A stretch of 63,929 bases of DNA, filler included, from Octopus bimaculoides (lineage: Eukaryota): NCBI RefSeq assembly GCF_001194135.2. It is 7 parts of 7 records of this genome, joined end to end, with 100 filler letters (N's around TTAATTAATTAA, not from the genome) between each part and the next. Parts side by side here need not be neighbours in the genome. Positions count along the whole stretch, not along the records: positions 21,296 to 47,472 come from NC_068997.1; 6 more parts are not named here. One strand, given 5' to 3'. The translations under genes were made by a program, and so were the position numbers. The notes under the pieces were generated by a model. It saw nothing but the letters and a program-made list of their open reading frames with translations, was not told the origin of the DNA and searched no databases. How positions within the stretch are numbered: the stretch's first letter is position 1; each line of letters starts with the position of its first letter. This document shows, in pieces, positions 24,910-37,405 of the stretch.

Positions 24910-25433
24910 TTAATGTAGCTGTTGGTATTTAAAGTGGTAGTGTGTTTTGAAGGCAATTTACCTGCTGTTTTTAGCAGGTCGAACAACTGCATAGATATTC
25001 CTCATCAGCTCACATCCAATTGTTCCTTCCTGCCAAATACCACTCGCAAGGCTGTGATTGATCCAAAGCTTTAGATGAAGGCATTTGCATATGGTTGTTG
25101 TTGTTGCTGCTGTTCATGTTTAACCCCAGATCAGTGCTTGGATTGAGTAAGGCTGATTGATCAAAGGCATTCCAGCGTGGAGGGAACACAGGACCACATT
25201 GTCTAACATGTTCCTTTCTGAGTTATTAATGTGCAATTTGAAATTTAGCTGCTACTTCTAGCAGTTTGGGCAACCACATAGATTGATCCGACAATGATGA
25301 ACCTAAAACCACATAGTTGTGAAGCAAACTTTCAAACCACATAGCTATGTCTGCCTCCTGGGTGTTTGGAAGTGACGGAGACAAGAGGGTACAGCAATAT
25401 TTGATAAGGAGAAAGAGAAAAAAACAAAATATA

Positions 25434-25943
25434 GGCATAGGAGTGGCTGTGTGGTAAGTAGCTTGTTTACCAACCACATGGTTCTGGGTTCCATCCCACC
25501 GCATGGCACCATGGGCAAGTGTCTTCTACTATAGCCTTGGGCCAACCAAAGCCTAGAGAGTAGATTTGGTAGAGAGAGAATTAAAAGAAACCTGTCGTAT
25601 ATATATATANNNNNNNNNNNNNNNNNNNNNNNNNNNNNNNNNNNNNNNNNNNNNNNNNNNNNNNNNNNNNNNNNNNNNNNNNNNNNNNNNTATATATATG
25701 TATGTGTCTGTGCGTGTGTCTACATGTTTGTGCGTTTGTGTTTGTCCGCCCCCCCCCCCACCATCGCTTGACAACCAATGTTGGTGTGTTTATGTCCCCG
25801 TAACTTAGTGATTTTGTAGAAGAGACCGATAGAATAAGTACTAGGCTTACAAAGAATAAATCGTGGGGTCGATTTGTTTGACTAAAGGCAGTGCTCCAGC
25901 ATGGCCACAGTCAAACGACTGAAACAAATGAAAGAAAAAAGAA
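25434..25943 (+). mobile_element. CORE-type SINE family 1 (gapped)
   Basis: Full head-to-tail match with CpG-to-TpG/CpA changes. Confidence 0.9.
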
Positions 25944-26551
25944 TACTCAGCTACATGCACCATATTTCTGGGTTTGAAGGTCATTTAGCTTAATTTTTAT
26001 AATCCATTCTTCAAACAAGCAATAAAATAAGTACTATTAAAATTAATTTTGAGCTAATTAATCTATTTGTACAAACTTTCTGTTTATTAGTTCCAAAAGT
26101 GCTCCAAGAAAGCGTACACATTCCTAAAAAAGCATTAGATGCTTGAAGAAGAATTCTTATCATCATAATTCTGTAATATGACCTTTGGAAGAGAAGTGTA
26201 TGTGTACTTTAATGATGACAAAATTAATGATGTTTTTGTTTTTTAAATAAGCACAAGGCCACAAGTGAGTCTTTGGTTGGGGTAGGAAACAGGATTTAAT
26301 TGATTTAATCAACTCCAAAAATAGCATCTAAAGAAAATATCACTTATTGCACTTCTTAATGAAATAGCAAAGTGGTTAAGATATTGAACAAGTGTTTTGT
26401 AGGTTAAGAGCAGGCCAAAGACGAAAGTAAGTTTATAAATGAAAGCCATATAGTTGAAGTAGAGTACATATAAATATGAGTTCTATTTATATTATAATTT
26501 GACTTAATAAAAAAAAAGTAAGTACTGGCATCGATTCATCATTTTCTATAA

Positions 26552-26914
26552 GGTGCAGGCATGGCTGTTTGGTAAGAAATTTGCTTCCCAATATCATGGT
26601 TCAAAGTTCAGTCCCACTGCGTGACACCTCTAACAAGTGTCTTCTACTATAGCCTTGGGAGTGGATTTGGTAGACGGAAATTTGTGTGTGTGTGTGTTTG
26701 TATCTATGTTTGTTCCCCTTGCCCCCACCACTTGACAACCGGTGCTGGTGTGTTTACATCTTCTAATTTAGTGGTTCAGCAAAAGAGAGACCAATAGAAT
26801 AAATACCAAGCTTTAAGAAAAATAAGTATTGGCATCGATACATTTGACTAAGTTCTTCAAAGTGTTGCCCCAGCATGGCTGCAGTCTAATGACTGAAAAA
26901 AGTAAAAGACAAAA
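26552..26914 (+). mobile_element. CORE-type SINE family 1
   Basis: Head, CORE, GT middle and AGTAAAAG tail are all present. Confidence 0.85.
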
Positions 26915-27851
26915 CATTTGGTATTCTGAATAAATGAACGAATATTCCCATCTCTGTGAATGGGGGTCAGAGGCCTCAAACACAACACATTTGTTGTGTT
27001 TTCATGTTACTTTCAAGATGAATGAGTTGATGGGTCCCATGTTCTTGCCTGACATGATTTTCTGTCAGGGTTTACTCTCTTATCCATCACCTTTTTGCAG
27101 GTACTCACAGACAGCAAGGGTTTATGCTCACATTTGACCTTCTGTTAGCCTGGCTGCCTACTAATGTTGTGGTTCCAATAGTACATTTTCCTAGAAACAT
27201 GCTTTAACAAATGTTAAGAGTACTTTACTCCCAGTGGTCTTAGAGCATGCCAGATAATAACCAGGAATTTCTAAGTCCCTGTGCATTTGGTACATTTTGG
27301 TTCATTTCTTCTTTTGTCCTGTTGGCTTTTTAAGAATCCTCCTCACAAGGTGAGGGAAGCCAATTTAGTTGAAAGGACTTAACCATGCAATAGGTTGTGC
27401 AGACTTAGAACATACTAAATAGCAACTAAGAACTTTTAAGTCCCTGCACTGTTACTACATTGGATTCATTTCTCCTTTTAACAGTATCATTTTTGTTCTG
27501 ATGGCTTTTTAGCAACCCCTCTCACAAGGAAAGTCTGGTAGAGGACCCAGTTTAGATGCAATGACTCAACTATACCACAAACTGTACCAGACATGTTACC
27601 AGTAGCCCTCATAAGTGATTCTTGTATTCATACTCTAGCAAGAAGAGAAAGCTGTTTTTACTCAACAAACATGAACTGCAGTTAGAGAGGCTTGGAAAAG
27701 AGTGTTAAGAAGATTTAATGCACCAAGCACATAATACACAGAGGTTTAGGCTTTCTTGTTGGCCTATGCCATGCCAGCATGGATCGGATGGGTTCTCACA
27801 GCTGAAGTTCTTATTCAGAGTTATTGCTTCCTAGATACGTGATTCAATCTC

Positions 27852-28239
27852 TGTGGAGGCACAATGGCCCAGTGGTTAGGGCAGCGGACTCGCGGTCATA
27901 GGATCGTGGTTTCGATTCCCAGACCAGACGTTGTGAGTGTTTATTGAGCGAAAACACCTAAAGCTCCATGAGGCTCTGGCAGGGGATGGTGGCGAACCCT
28001 GCTGTACTCTTTCACCACAACTTTCTCTTACTCTTACTTCCTGTTTCTGTTGTGCCTGTAATTCAAAGGGTCAGCCTTGTCACACTGTGTCACGCTGAAT
28101 ATCCCCGAGAACTACGTTAAGGGTACACTTGTCTGTGGAGTGCTCAGCCACTTGCACGTTAGTTTCACGAGCAGGCTGTTCCGTTGATCGGATCAACTGG
28201 AACCCTCGACATCGTAAGTGACAGAGTGCCAACAACAAC
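27852..28239 (+). mobile_element. Full-length tRNA-derived SINE family 3 with 11-bp TSD
   Basis: tRNA-like head with A-box TGGCCCAGTGG and B-box GTTTCGATTCC, and an (AAC)n tail. TSD GATTCAATCTC at 27841-27851 and 28240-28250. Confidence 0.92.
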
Positions 28240-28985
28240 GATTCAATCTCCAATTAAATAATTGTTAATGATTTTTTTTATTTAATAGTAATAATAATGG
28301 CTATAGCCAAAGTGGGATATTTTTTGGTTATTTATTTTTGTAGCAGACATGAATATTTATATATCAATTGTTTAAGCATATATTTTCTACAATAATATCA
28401 ATATAACAACTGAGACTTAAAGAAAACACCAGTGATGACCTAACAGCATTTGTGTAATTTAATTAAGATTAAGCTAACAAAAACTAAGATCAGTCTAATG
28501 ATACCAACTTAATAATAATAGAATAAATATCAATGGAGCTACAACAATGATAGCTTTGACCAAATAGTACATCTGCATAAGCAAAAATGGAGCTTCTAAT
28601 GAATTATGTAGTCATTCACCCTGCTAGTATCAGCAGTTAAATATCCCTTAAATCACCCTACCATACATAAAAAGAAAAGTAAAAATAGAAGAGTGGATTG
28701 GATATTGTCATTTTGGATGATACATCTGGAAAGAAAAATGGGAAGGTCACAACTAGAACACTTTTGAGCATAGGTCAGCTCAAATCTAGGGCTAAATTGA
28801 GCTAAACAACACCAATAACAACTGCATATTATCCTGACATGTCCAACAATAATCTGACCATGACTACAGCATTGACTGTGCAGTGACATTAGCATGGATG
28901 TGACACTATGAACCACAAAATTTGTTATCAACAATGTTGGTCTAATAGTAGCTACAATCATATTTATTACTTATTAATTTCTTTA

Positions 28986-29370
28986 GGCACAGGAGTGGCT
29001 GTGTGCACATGGTTCCGGGTTCAGTCCCACTGCATGGCACCTTAGAAAGGTGTCTTCTACTATATATAGCCTCAGGCCAACTAAAACCTTGTGAATGGAT
29101 TTGGTAGATAGAAACTGAAAGATGGCTGCTATATACATATTTGTGTGCGTGTGTGTATAGGGGTTATGTCTGTGTTTGTCCCCCACCACTACTTGACAAC
29201 TGGTGTTGGTGTGTTTATGTCCCTTTAACTTAGTGGTTTGGCAAAGGGACTGATAAAATAAATACCAGGCTTTAAAAAAAGTACTGGGGTCGATTCATTC
29301 AACTAAAATTTCTCAAGGTGCTGCCCCACCATGGCCAGTCTAATGACTATTACAAGTAAAAATATAAGAG
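28986..29370 (+). mobile_element. CORE-type SINE family 1
   Basis: Family match; small deletion in the head. Confidence 0.9.
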
Positions 29371-29435
29371 ATAAAAAATATGGTAAAGTAGAAGAATCTT
29401 TAGAGTACAGGTTCAAATTATGTAGCTGGTTACAG

Positions 29436-29664
29436 CTCTTTTACTTGTTTCAGTCATTTGACTGCAGCCATACTGGAGCACCACCTTTAGTCGAGCAAAT
29501 CGACCCCAGGACTTATTCTTTGGAAGCCTAGTATTTATTCTATCGGTCTCTTTTGCTGAACCGCTAAGTTACAGGAGCATAAACACACCACCATCGGTTG
29601 TCAAGCGATGCTGGGGGGACAAACACAGACATACAAACATATACACACACACACATACATACAA

Positions 29665-29699
<35 letters not shown>

Positions 29700-29871
29700 T
29701 ACATACATACACATATATACGACGGGCTTCCTTCAGTTTCCGTCTACCAAATCCACTCACAAGGCTTTGGTCGGCCCGAGGCTATAGTAGAAGACACTTG
29801 CCCAAGGTGCCACGCAGTGGGAATGAACCTGGAACCATGTGGTTGGTAAGCAAGCTACTTACCACACAGCC
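29436..29871 (-). mobile_element. CORE-type SINE family 1 (young)
   Basis: Near-consensus reverse copy retaining CpGs. Confidence 0.93.
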
Positions 29872-29893
29872 AAGATTTGTGGAATCAACATAC

Positions 29894-30240
29894 AAGCTTG
29901 CTTCCCAATCATGTAGATTTGAGTTCAGTCCCATTTGGGCAAGTGTTTTCTAATATAACCCCAGGCCAACCATTGACTTGTGACAGGATTTGGTAGATGG
30001 AAACTGAAAGATATCTGTGTTTGCATTGTGTTCATCTCCCACCACTGCTTGGAAAATGGTGTTGGTTTGTTTACATCCCTTTAAGTTAGCAACCCAGCAA
30101 AAGAGACCAATAAAATAAGTGTACCAGACTTTTGAAAGATAAGTACTGGAGGAAAATTTGTTTGACTAAAACACTTAAAAGTGGTACCCCAGCATAGCTG
30201 TAGCCAAATGACTGAACAAGTAAAAAAAAAAAAAAAGATG
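29894..30240 (+). mobile_element. CORE-type SINE family 1 (5'-trimmed, decayed)
   Basis: Family match from the mid-head to the tail. Confidence 0.8.
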
Positions 30241-30688
30241 AAATTGGAAAGACTTTTTAATTTAGATCAATTTGAAACAGGAAGTTTGAGTCACTGAACC
30301 AAAAGCAGTCTCAGTTGGGGTCGTATCAAAGGGGTTAATTGATACGACCCCTCTTCCACATATTTCTCACCTTATGCCTAAGTAAGAAATTATTGTTTAT
30401 TAATTCATAACAAGACCACATGTTTTGAGGGAAGGGTATATAGTCAATTAAATCAACCTCAGAGCTTGTCTGGTGCTTTATTTTACCGACCCCCAGAAGA
30501 GGATGAAAGGCAAATATAAAACAGTATATTTAGGTTTACTCTAAAATAATAAAGTAAACAGCAGGATTCAAAGAAACGAGCGAGCGATGGTCTGCTTTCA
30601 GCAAATAATGAGTACAAACTGTTCAAAACATGAATAGAGTGGTTTGCTCTGAAGAAAGGTCAAACAGTTTCGGTAGGACCTTTCACTA

Positions 30689-30764
<76 letters not shown>
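30689..30764. repeat. (CA)n microsatellite
   Basis: Seen directly. Confidence 0.95.
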
Positions 30765-30767
<3 letters not shown>

Positions 30768-31092
30768 GATTATACTTTGCCCAAAGTACCTTGGAGCAGA
30801 GTATGACCCCTAGAAAGAACATATGGATGAAGAAATTGCTAGTCTTATAAAGAATTCATATTATAAGTATAAACATAGTTGTGTTTACCTCACACCTTGT
30901 GATTCCAGGTTCAAATTAACTGTGCAACAATCAGTCAATAAACAAACAGATATAAGTACTGGGTCAAGATATACATTGGAGGTTGATATAACTGACAAAA
31001 ACTGTTGAAGTTGGTGCTCCAACATGACTTCAGGCTAATGCCTGAAACCACTAAAAGAAAAAATAAATCAATGTGTCCACTATTTTGTTTAA

Positions 31093-31312
31093 CCTTTTAG
31101 CATTTAAACCAGCTATATCAGACCTAAATATTCTACCTGTTTGATGTTCAAACTGGCCAGATCCAAACTTTCACACCTACCCTACAATGTCATTCTAAAA
31201 ATTAGTAATCGCAACATTGAAATCTCAAAACTATGAGATAATGCATGATTAATTTGAAACAATGCGAATAAATAAGCATTACATTTGACAGAGTAATCTG
31301 GATGCTAAAGGG
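31093..31312. mobile_element. TTAA/piggyBac-type MITE
   Basis: TTAA|CCTTTTAG ... CTAAAGGG|ATAA; internally similar to the 24688 copy, same orientation. Confidence 0.85.
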
Positions 31313-31589
31313 ATAACATATGATTTTCTCACATGCTTGTACTCAAACTATAATTATTTATTCAGGCTATTAGTGTTATATAAACTAATTGAAAGAACAA
31401 ACATAGTTCTAAACACATCAACATCAACTTTGTGTTGAATACCATACTAACTTAATCTTTCTGCTTTTGGACCCAAGAATTCTTTGTAAAGGATATAATT
31501 TCAAATTTGCTTTAGGCAAAAAGCTAGAAATATCATCCTATATTGAGTTAATTAATTCATATGAAATATGTTAATTACTACATATATAT

Positions 31590-32102
31590 ATTCTTTTATT
31601 CTTTCATTTGTTTTAGTCATTTTGACTGCAGCCATGCAAAGGAATTGACCTCAGGACTTATTCTTTGTAAGCCTAGTACTTATTCTATCCGTCTATTTTG
31701 CTGGACTGGACGTAAGCACACCAACATTGGTTGTCAAGTGATGGTGGGGGTGAGGGTGTGACAAACATTTACATACATACATACATACATAGACACAACA
31801 GGCTTCTTTCAGTTTCTGTCTACCAAATCACTCACAAGGCTTTGGTCGGCTCGAGACTATAGTGAAAGACATTTGCCCAAGGTACCACACAGTGGGAATG
31901 AACCCAGAACCATGTGGCTGGTAAGCAAAGCTACTTTATTTCATAAATATTTGCCATAAAGGCATTACAAAGAGGGGACAAACAAGGACAGACAAACACA
32001 AAAGGAGTGAAGTAGCTGTATCGATTAAATATTTACAATTTTTAATATACAATAAAAATTGGATTATAAAGCAAAGCTACTTACCACACAGCCACTCCTG
32101 TA
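31590..32102 (-). mobile_element. CORE-type SINE family 1 split by a 132-bp insertion with a 14-bp TSD
   Basis: TSD AAGCAAAGCTACTT at 31923-31936 and 32069-32082. The insert 31937-32068 contains GGGGACAAACAAGGACAGACAAAC, a reverse SINE-tail-like sequence. Confidence 0.85.
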
Positions 32103-32129
32103 CCTATATATATATATTACATAATTTAA

Positions 32130-32351
32130 ACTTTTTAGCATTCAGATTATTCTATCAAATGTAATGTTTATTTATTCACATTGCTTTGAATTAATCATGT
32201 ATTATTTTTTTTGTGCCAAGATTTCAACGAAGTGCTGGTTTATTTTTATTATGACATTGTAAGGTAGGTGTGAGAGGCTAAATATGGCCAGAGTGTACAT
32301 AAAACAGATATAATATTTGGGCCAGATATGGCTGGTTTAAATGCTAAAGGG
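32130..32351. mobile_element. TTAA/piggyBac-type MITE (opposite orientation)
   Basis: TTAA at 32126-32129 and 32352-32355; right TIR CTAAAGGG intact. Confidence 0.85.
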
Positions 32352-32676
32352 TTAAATGTTCTGAAAATAGTTTATTCAAAGTGTTAAATTTGAAAGATTC
32401 ACACAGATACAAGAAAAAAAGAGAGATGAAAATGGAAAAGAAAAACAAACAAAAAAAGTGGGGGTGGGGGTGGAAAGCAGTGGAAGATGGGGTGGAGGGT
32501 GATGACCTACATATTCCAGACCAAGTGGGGTACTCAGCCATGCCCTGCAGTAATGACTGTGATGGCTTTGCTGTGGAGAATGACCCAGTTACATGTAGTA
32601 GCCATTTCATCTTGTGGGGCTCATTTCTCCAACAGGCCACTGTTATCCCTATCTTGCAATGGAAATCAGCAATACA

Positions 32677-32957
32677 GGTGCAGGAGTGGCTGTGTGGTAG
32701 CTTGCTTACCAACCACATGGTTCTGGGTTCAGTCCCACTGCGTGGCACCTTGGTCAAGTGTCTTCTACTATAGCCTTGGGCCAACCAAAGCCTTGTGAGT
32801 GGATTTGGTAGATGGAAACTGAAAGAAGCACATCATATATTTGTATATATATATATGTGTGTGTGTGTGTCTGTGTTTGTCTCCCCAACATTGCTTGACA
32901 ACTGATGCTGGTGTTTTTACATCCCTGTAACAAATGACTGAAACAAGTAAAAGAGTA
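32677..32957 (+). mobile_element. CORE-type SINE family 1 (internal deletion)
   Basis: Family match. Confidence 0.9.
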
Positions 32958-33279
32958 ATTCAATATAATCAATAATTGTATCTAAAGAAACAATCTCTTT
33001 CATAAGGGAGGGAGAAATTTGATAAGGAATGAGATTTGGTAATGTTCATGCCATTCCCCAATACACCACACCACACCACCAATGTAGGCAAAAGGAAATT
33101 ACTTCTGTGGGGGGAATCAAAAGGCTCTACAGGAGCTATGTAACAAGTCACAAGGGGTTTTTATTGTTGGCTGGCTTCCTTCAACAAGTGCGTTAAACCT
33201 AGCAAAGAATGTGTATGTAAACAAGAGCTTTGAATCTGAAAGGGTGTGGAATGATTGCATATACATACATTATAAATTT

Positions 33280-33331
<52 letters not shown>

Positions 33332-33469
33332 NNNNNNNNNNNNNNNNNNNNNNNNNNNNNNNNNNNNNNNNNNNNNNNNNNNNNNNNNNNNNNNNNNNNN
33401 NNNNNNNNNNNNNNNNNNNNNNNNNNNNNNNNNNNNNNNNNNNNNNNGATATATGATGATGATATATGT

Positions 33470-33506
<37 letters not shown>

Positions 33507-34257
33507 CAAACCATGAATGTTTTAGGAAGAAGGGGACAGCTGTGTAAGCAATTCATTATTGCATGCATTCATGTGTGTCAGAGGTTCATTACTTATGCTG
33601 GTGAGTCAGCCCCACTTTCCTCCTTGTTCATTGTTTTTAGTTTTTCTTGTTTGCTTTTTGTTATTATTTTTTTTTCTTTCCCATTCTCACCATAGCATCT
33701 TCCCTGATCCAGAACACACTCATTTAACACACACACACACACAAAGTTGGCTACAGTCAAAATGACTTTCTTTTTATCCCTACCATTTCTTTCTAATAGG
33801 AACTCCTCTCCAAACTGACACCCTACCCCTACTTCAAAGGAGCAAGTGATGGTGGTAGTGAAGAGATAGAGAATTCTTTCAACAATGACCACCACCACTG
33901 TCATCACCACCTTCTTCTGGTGGAGGAGGGGTCTACTACTATTATGGCTACACCCCTACTATCAATATTATTATCTTTCATCCCCATCACCTACTATGCC
34001 TTCTTTGACCTAGACAGATCAACTTACTAAAAACAACAGTTAAGTCAGTGTTAACATAGCTAAAACAGAACATCAACAATCTAACTAGAAAAAGTCATCA
34101 TCATCACCCACAGCAGCATTATAAAGTCCATGTTGTCCATGCTGGAATGGGTTAGACTAGCAGTTTTTTTTCTACAGCCAAATGCCCTTTCAGTTGAAGA
34201 ATTTTTATTCCACTGATCCTCACATGTTGTGAGTGATGAAGGCCATTGCACCATACT

Positions 34258-35165
34258 CTTTTACTCTTTACTCTTTTTTTTACTTGTTTCAGTCATTTTA
34301 CTGGGACCATGCTGGAGCACCGCCTTTAGTCGAGCAAATCGACCCCAGGACTTATTCTTTGGAATCCTAGTACTTATTCTATCGGTCTCTTTTGCCAAAT
34401 CGCTAAGTTACGGGGGTGTAAACACACCAGCATCGGTTGTCAAGCGGTGCTGGGGGGACAAACACAGACACAAACATATACACACACATACATATATACG
34501 ATGGGCTTCTTTCAGTTTCCGTCTACCAAATCCTCTCACAAGGCTTTGGTCGGCCCGAGGCTATAGTAGAAGACACTTGCCCAAGGTGCCACGCAGTGGG
34601 AATGAACCTGGAACCATGTGGTTGGTAAGCAAGCTACTTACCACACAGCCAAGATTTGTGGAATCAACATACAAGCATGTGTGCACATCTTTTACTTGTT
34701 TCAGTTATTAAACTGTGACCATGCTGGGGCACTGCTTTGAAGAATTTTTATTTTTTTAAAGCCTGGTATTTATTCTATTGGTGTCTTTTGCCTAACCATT
34801 AAATTACAGGAACGTAAACATGCCAACACCAGCTGTCAAGTGATGGTGGGGGACAAACGCAGATACACACAAATATACATACCTACGACAGGCTTCTTTC
34901 AGTTTCTATCTACCAAATCCACTTACAAGGCTTTAGTCAGCTTCAAGCTTACCCAAGGTACCAAGCAATAGGACTGAACCCAGAACCATGTAGCTGGGAA
35001 ACAAACTTACCATACATCCATACCATACAAACATGTACGAGAGGCTTCCACCAGGTCCACTCATGAAGCATTCGTCAGCTGAAGGCAATAGAGAAGGCAC
35101 TTGCCCAAAATGTCACACAGTGGAGCTGTGACCCAAATGTCATAACCACACAGCTATGCCTGTAC
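34258..35165 (-). mobile_element. Three tandem minus-strand family-1 SINEs (about 34258-34650, 34690-35010, 35030-35165) of decreasing integrity
   Basis: Repeated tail-body-head units. Confidence 0.85.
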
Positions 35166-35404
35166 CTGGAGTATTGAAGAAAAAAATAATGTCAAGCATT
35201 GACAAATATTGCTTTAATTCTTCTGGCAAATATGGGATTCAGACAAATGCTTTATGAGTACAATTGGTTGAAGGAAACTATTGAAGCCCAACATATATGT
35301 GCGTAGGGTCATGTATTTGTGTTTCCTTGCATGTCTATTCCTTGCATGTCTAAGCTTTCTTAGCTGTAATGAAATGCTCCCTGCATTAAATATATTGTTT
35401 TCAA

Positions 35405-35600
35405 ATTCTGGCACAAGGCCAGCAATTTCGGAGGAGCGATAAGTTGCTTACACTGAACCCCTCCTCCAAATTCAATTGATACTTATTTTATCAACCCCAA
35501 AAGAATGAAAGGCAAAATCAACCTCCATAGAATTTGAACTCAAAGCGAAGACAAGTGAAATGCTGCTAAGCATTCTGCTTGGCATGTTAACGATTCTGAC
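35405..35600 (-). mobile_element. SINE family 2 (decayed)
   Basis: Reverse central domain AAAAGAATGAAAGGCAAAATCAACCTC. Partial copies also at about 30410-30528, 40540-40655 and 42975-43098. Confidence 0.75.
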
Positions 35601-35741
35601 AAACTATAATACTTTTTCATGCAGATGACATTTCTGAGTAATTTATTTTGTTAAATAATACACTTACTAAACAGCTCACCTACTAAGACAGAATTGCTTG
35701 TTTGCTTTGTAATCCACCATCTATTTTCTTGATTTTTAAAC

Positions 35742-36039
35742 CAGGGGTTCTCAACCATTTTTTTTATCTATGGACCCCTTTGATTACTATTTCATTCTGG
35801 CGGACCCCCTCCACCCCCACCCCAACCATAGCCATTCAATGCTTAAAAACTACTTTTATAGAAACTTCTTTCAAAATTCCTATTTGTTTTGTTTTCCGCA
35901 CATTAACTTGTGTAGGTTGAACTATGTAAAATGTTAGAGAAAGAAACCTGGTTGTTTCTTGCAATACATACCAATACATACATCTGAAGCAAAAGTTTTT
36001 AGGGATCCTTAAAATACTATTGTGGATTCCCAATTTACT
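35742..36039. mobile_element. hAT (Charlie/Buster-type) non-autonomous element, left end
   Basis: Begins CAGGGGTTCTCAACC. The preceding 8 bp TTTTAAAC fit the nnnTAnnn Buster target pattern. The right end is lost in the N gap. Confidence 0.7.
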
Positions 36040-36685
36040 NNNNNNNNNNNNNNNNNNNNNNNNNNNNNNNNNNNNNNNNNNNNNNNNNNNNNNNNNNNNN
36101 NNNNNNNNNNNNNNNNNNNNNNNNNNNNNNNNNNNNNNNNNNNNNNNNNNNNNNNNNNNNNNNNNNNNNNNNNNNNNNNNNNNNNNNNNNNNNNNNNNNN
36201 NNNNNNNNNNNNNNNNNNNNNNNNNNNNNNNNNNNNNNNNNNNNNNNNNNNNNNNNNNNNNNNNNNNNNNNNNNNNNNNNNNNNNNNNNNNNNNNNNNNN
36301 NNNNNNNNNNNNNNNNNNNNNNNNNNNNNNNNNNNNNNNNNNNNNNNNNNNNNNNNNNNNNNNNNNNNNNNNNNNNNNNNNNNNNNNNNNNNNNNNNNNN
36401 NNNNNNNNNNNNNNNNNNNNNNNNNNNNNNNNNNNNNNNNNNNNNNNNNNNNNNNNNNNNNNNNNNNNNNNNNNNNNNNNNNNNNNNNNNNNNNNNNNNN
36501 NNNNNNNNNNNNNNNNNNNNNNNNNNNNNNNNNNNNNNNNNNNNNNNNNNNNNNNNNNNNNNNNNNNNNNNNNNNNNNNNNNNNNNNNNNNNNNNNNNNN
36601 NNNNNNNNNNNNNNNNNNNNNNNNNNNNNNNNNNNNNNNNNNNNNNNNNNNNNNNNNNNNNNNNNNNNNNNNNNNNNNNNNNNNT

Positions 36686-36996
36686 TCTTTGTAAGCCTAG
36701 TACTTATTCTATTGGTCTCTTTTGCCGAACCGCTAAGTTATGGGAACGTAAACACACCAGCATCAGTTGTCAAGCGATGTTGGGGGACAAACACAGACAC
36801 ACAAACATATATACACACACACACACACATATACGACCAGCTTTTTTCAGTTTCTGTCTACCAAGTCCACTCACAAGGCTTTGGTCGGCCCGAAGCTATA
36901 GTAGAAGACACTTGCCCAAGGTGCCACGCAGTGGGACTGAACCCGGAACCATGTGGTTTGTAAGCAAGCTACTTACCACACAGCCACTCCTGCGCC
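36686..36996 (-). mobile_element. CORE-type SINE family 1
   Basis: Reverse copy with an intact head (...CACTCCTGCGCC). Confidence 0.92.
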
Positions 36997-37355
36997 TGTG
37001 TATATAAACCCTGTGCTATAAAATTTGGGATGAGTGATCACTATGAATGATCTCTGTTCAAAGTGATTAACTATGAAACAGACCAGTTTTAATACCAACA
37101 ACAACAAATGGGGCCCTTACATAATTGCTTGATATACAAAGAGCAACTAAATTTCCTTTAAATTACAGCTTACTATCTTGAAAAGTCAAGGGTTCATAGG
37201 ACAGCATAATTCTAGATATACAATATTTATGTAAGGCCTAGTTTGGTACATGTAACAAACAGTCAATTTTGCAGTTTCCAGACCTAGCTAAATCCGAAAG
37301 TACAAACCACAGGCACTTGAGTCACAACAATCACACACTATCAAGATAAGGAAAC

Positions 37356-37391
<36 letters not shown>

Positions 37392-37405
37392 TATATATAT
37401 ATATA

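Larger units (their letters stand above)
21826..25290 (-). mobile_element. Cluster of about seven same-orientation decayed copies of an (AAC)n-tailed retroposon (family 6)
   Basis: The motif GATTTRGCTGCTATTTCTAGCAGG recurs at about 21975, 23500, 23760, 23920, 24055, 24950 and 25240. Several copies are preceded by (TTG)n-TTTAACCCCAGGTCA. Opposite-strand copies lie at about 28615-28820, 39225-39320 and 42840-43450. Confidence 0.7.

Noticed and set aside
26978-27001. 10-bp hairpin AAACACAACA/TGTTGTGTTT
   Set aside because: Low-complexity CA/TG arms arise easily in this genome.
27270-27600. Two degenerate ~170-bp direct copies
   Set aside because: Old repeat remnants with undefined ends; no class can be assigned.
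27852-27930. tRNA-gene-like sequence
   Set aside because: It continues into a SINE body with a tail and TSD, so it is a SINE head. The same applies to the other tRNA-like heads.
30555-30660. CpG-containing patch with short open frames (QDSKKRASDGLLSANNEYKLFKT*)
   Set aside because: Poor polypyrimidine tract, and several equally plausible frames on both strands.
32381-32798. Overlapping 103-146-aa ORFs
   Set aside because: They run through an A-rich tract, a GC-rich repeat remnant and a SINE head, with no domain motif.
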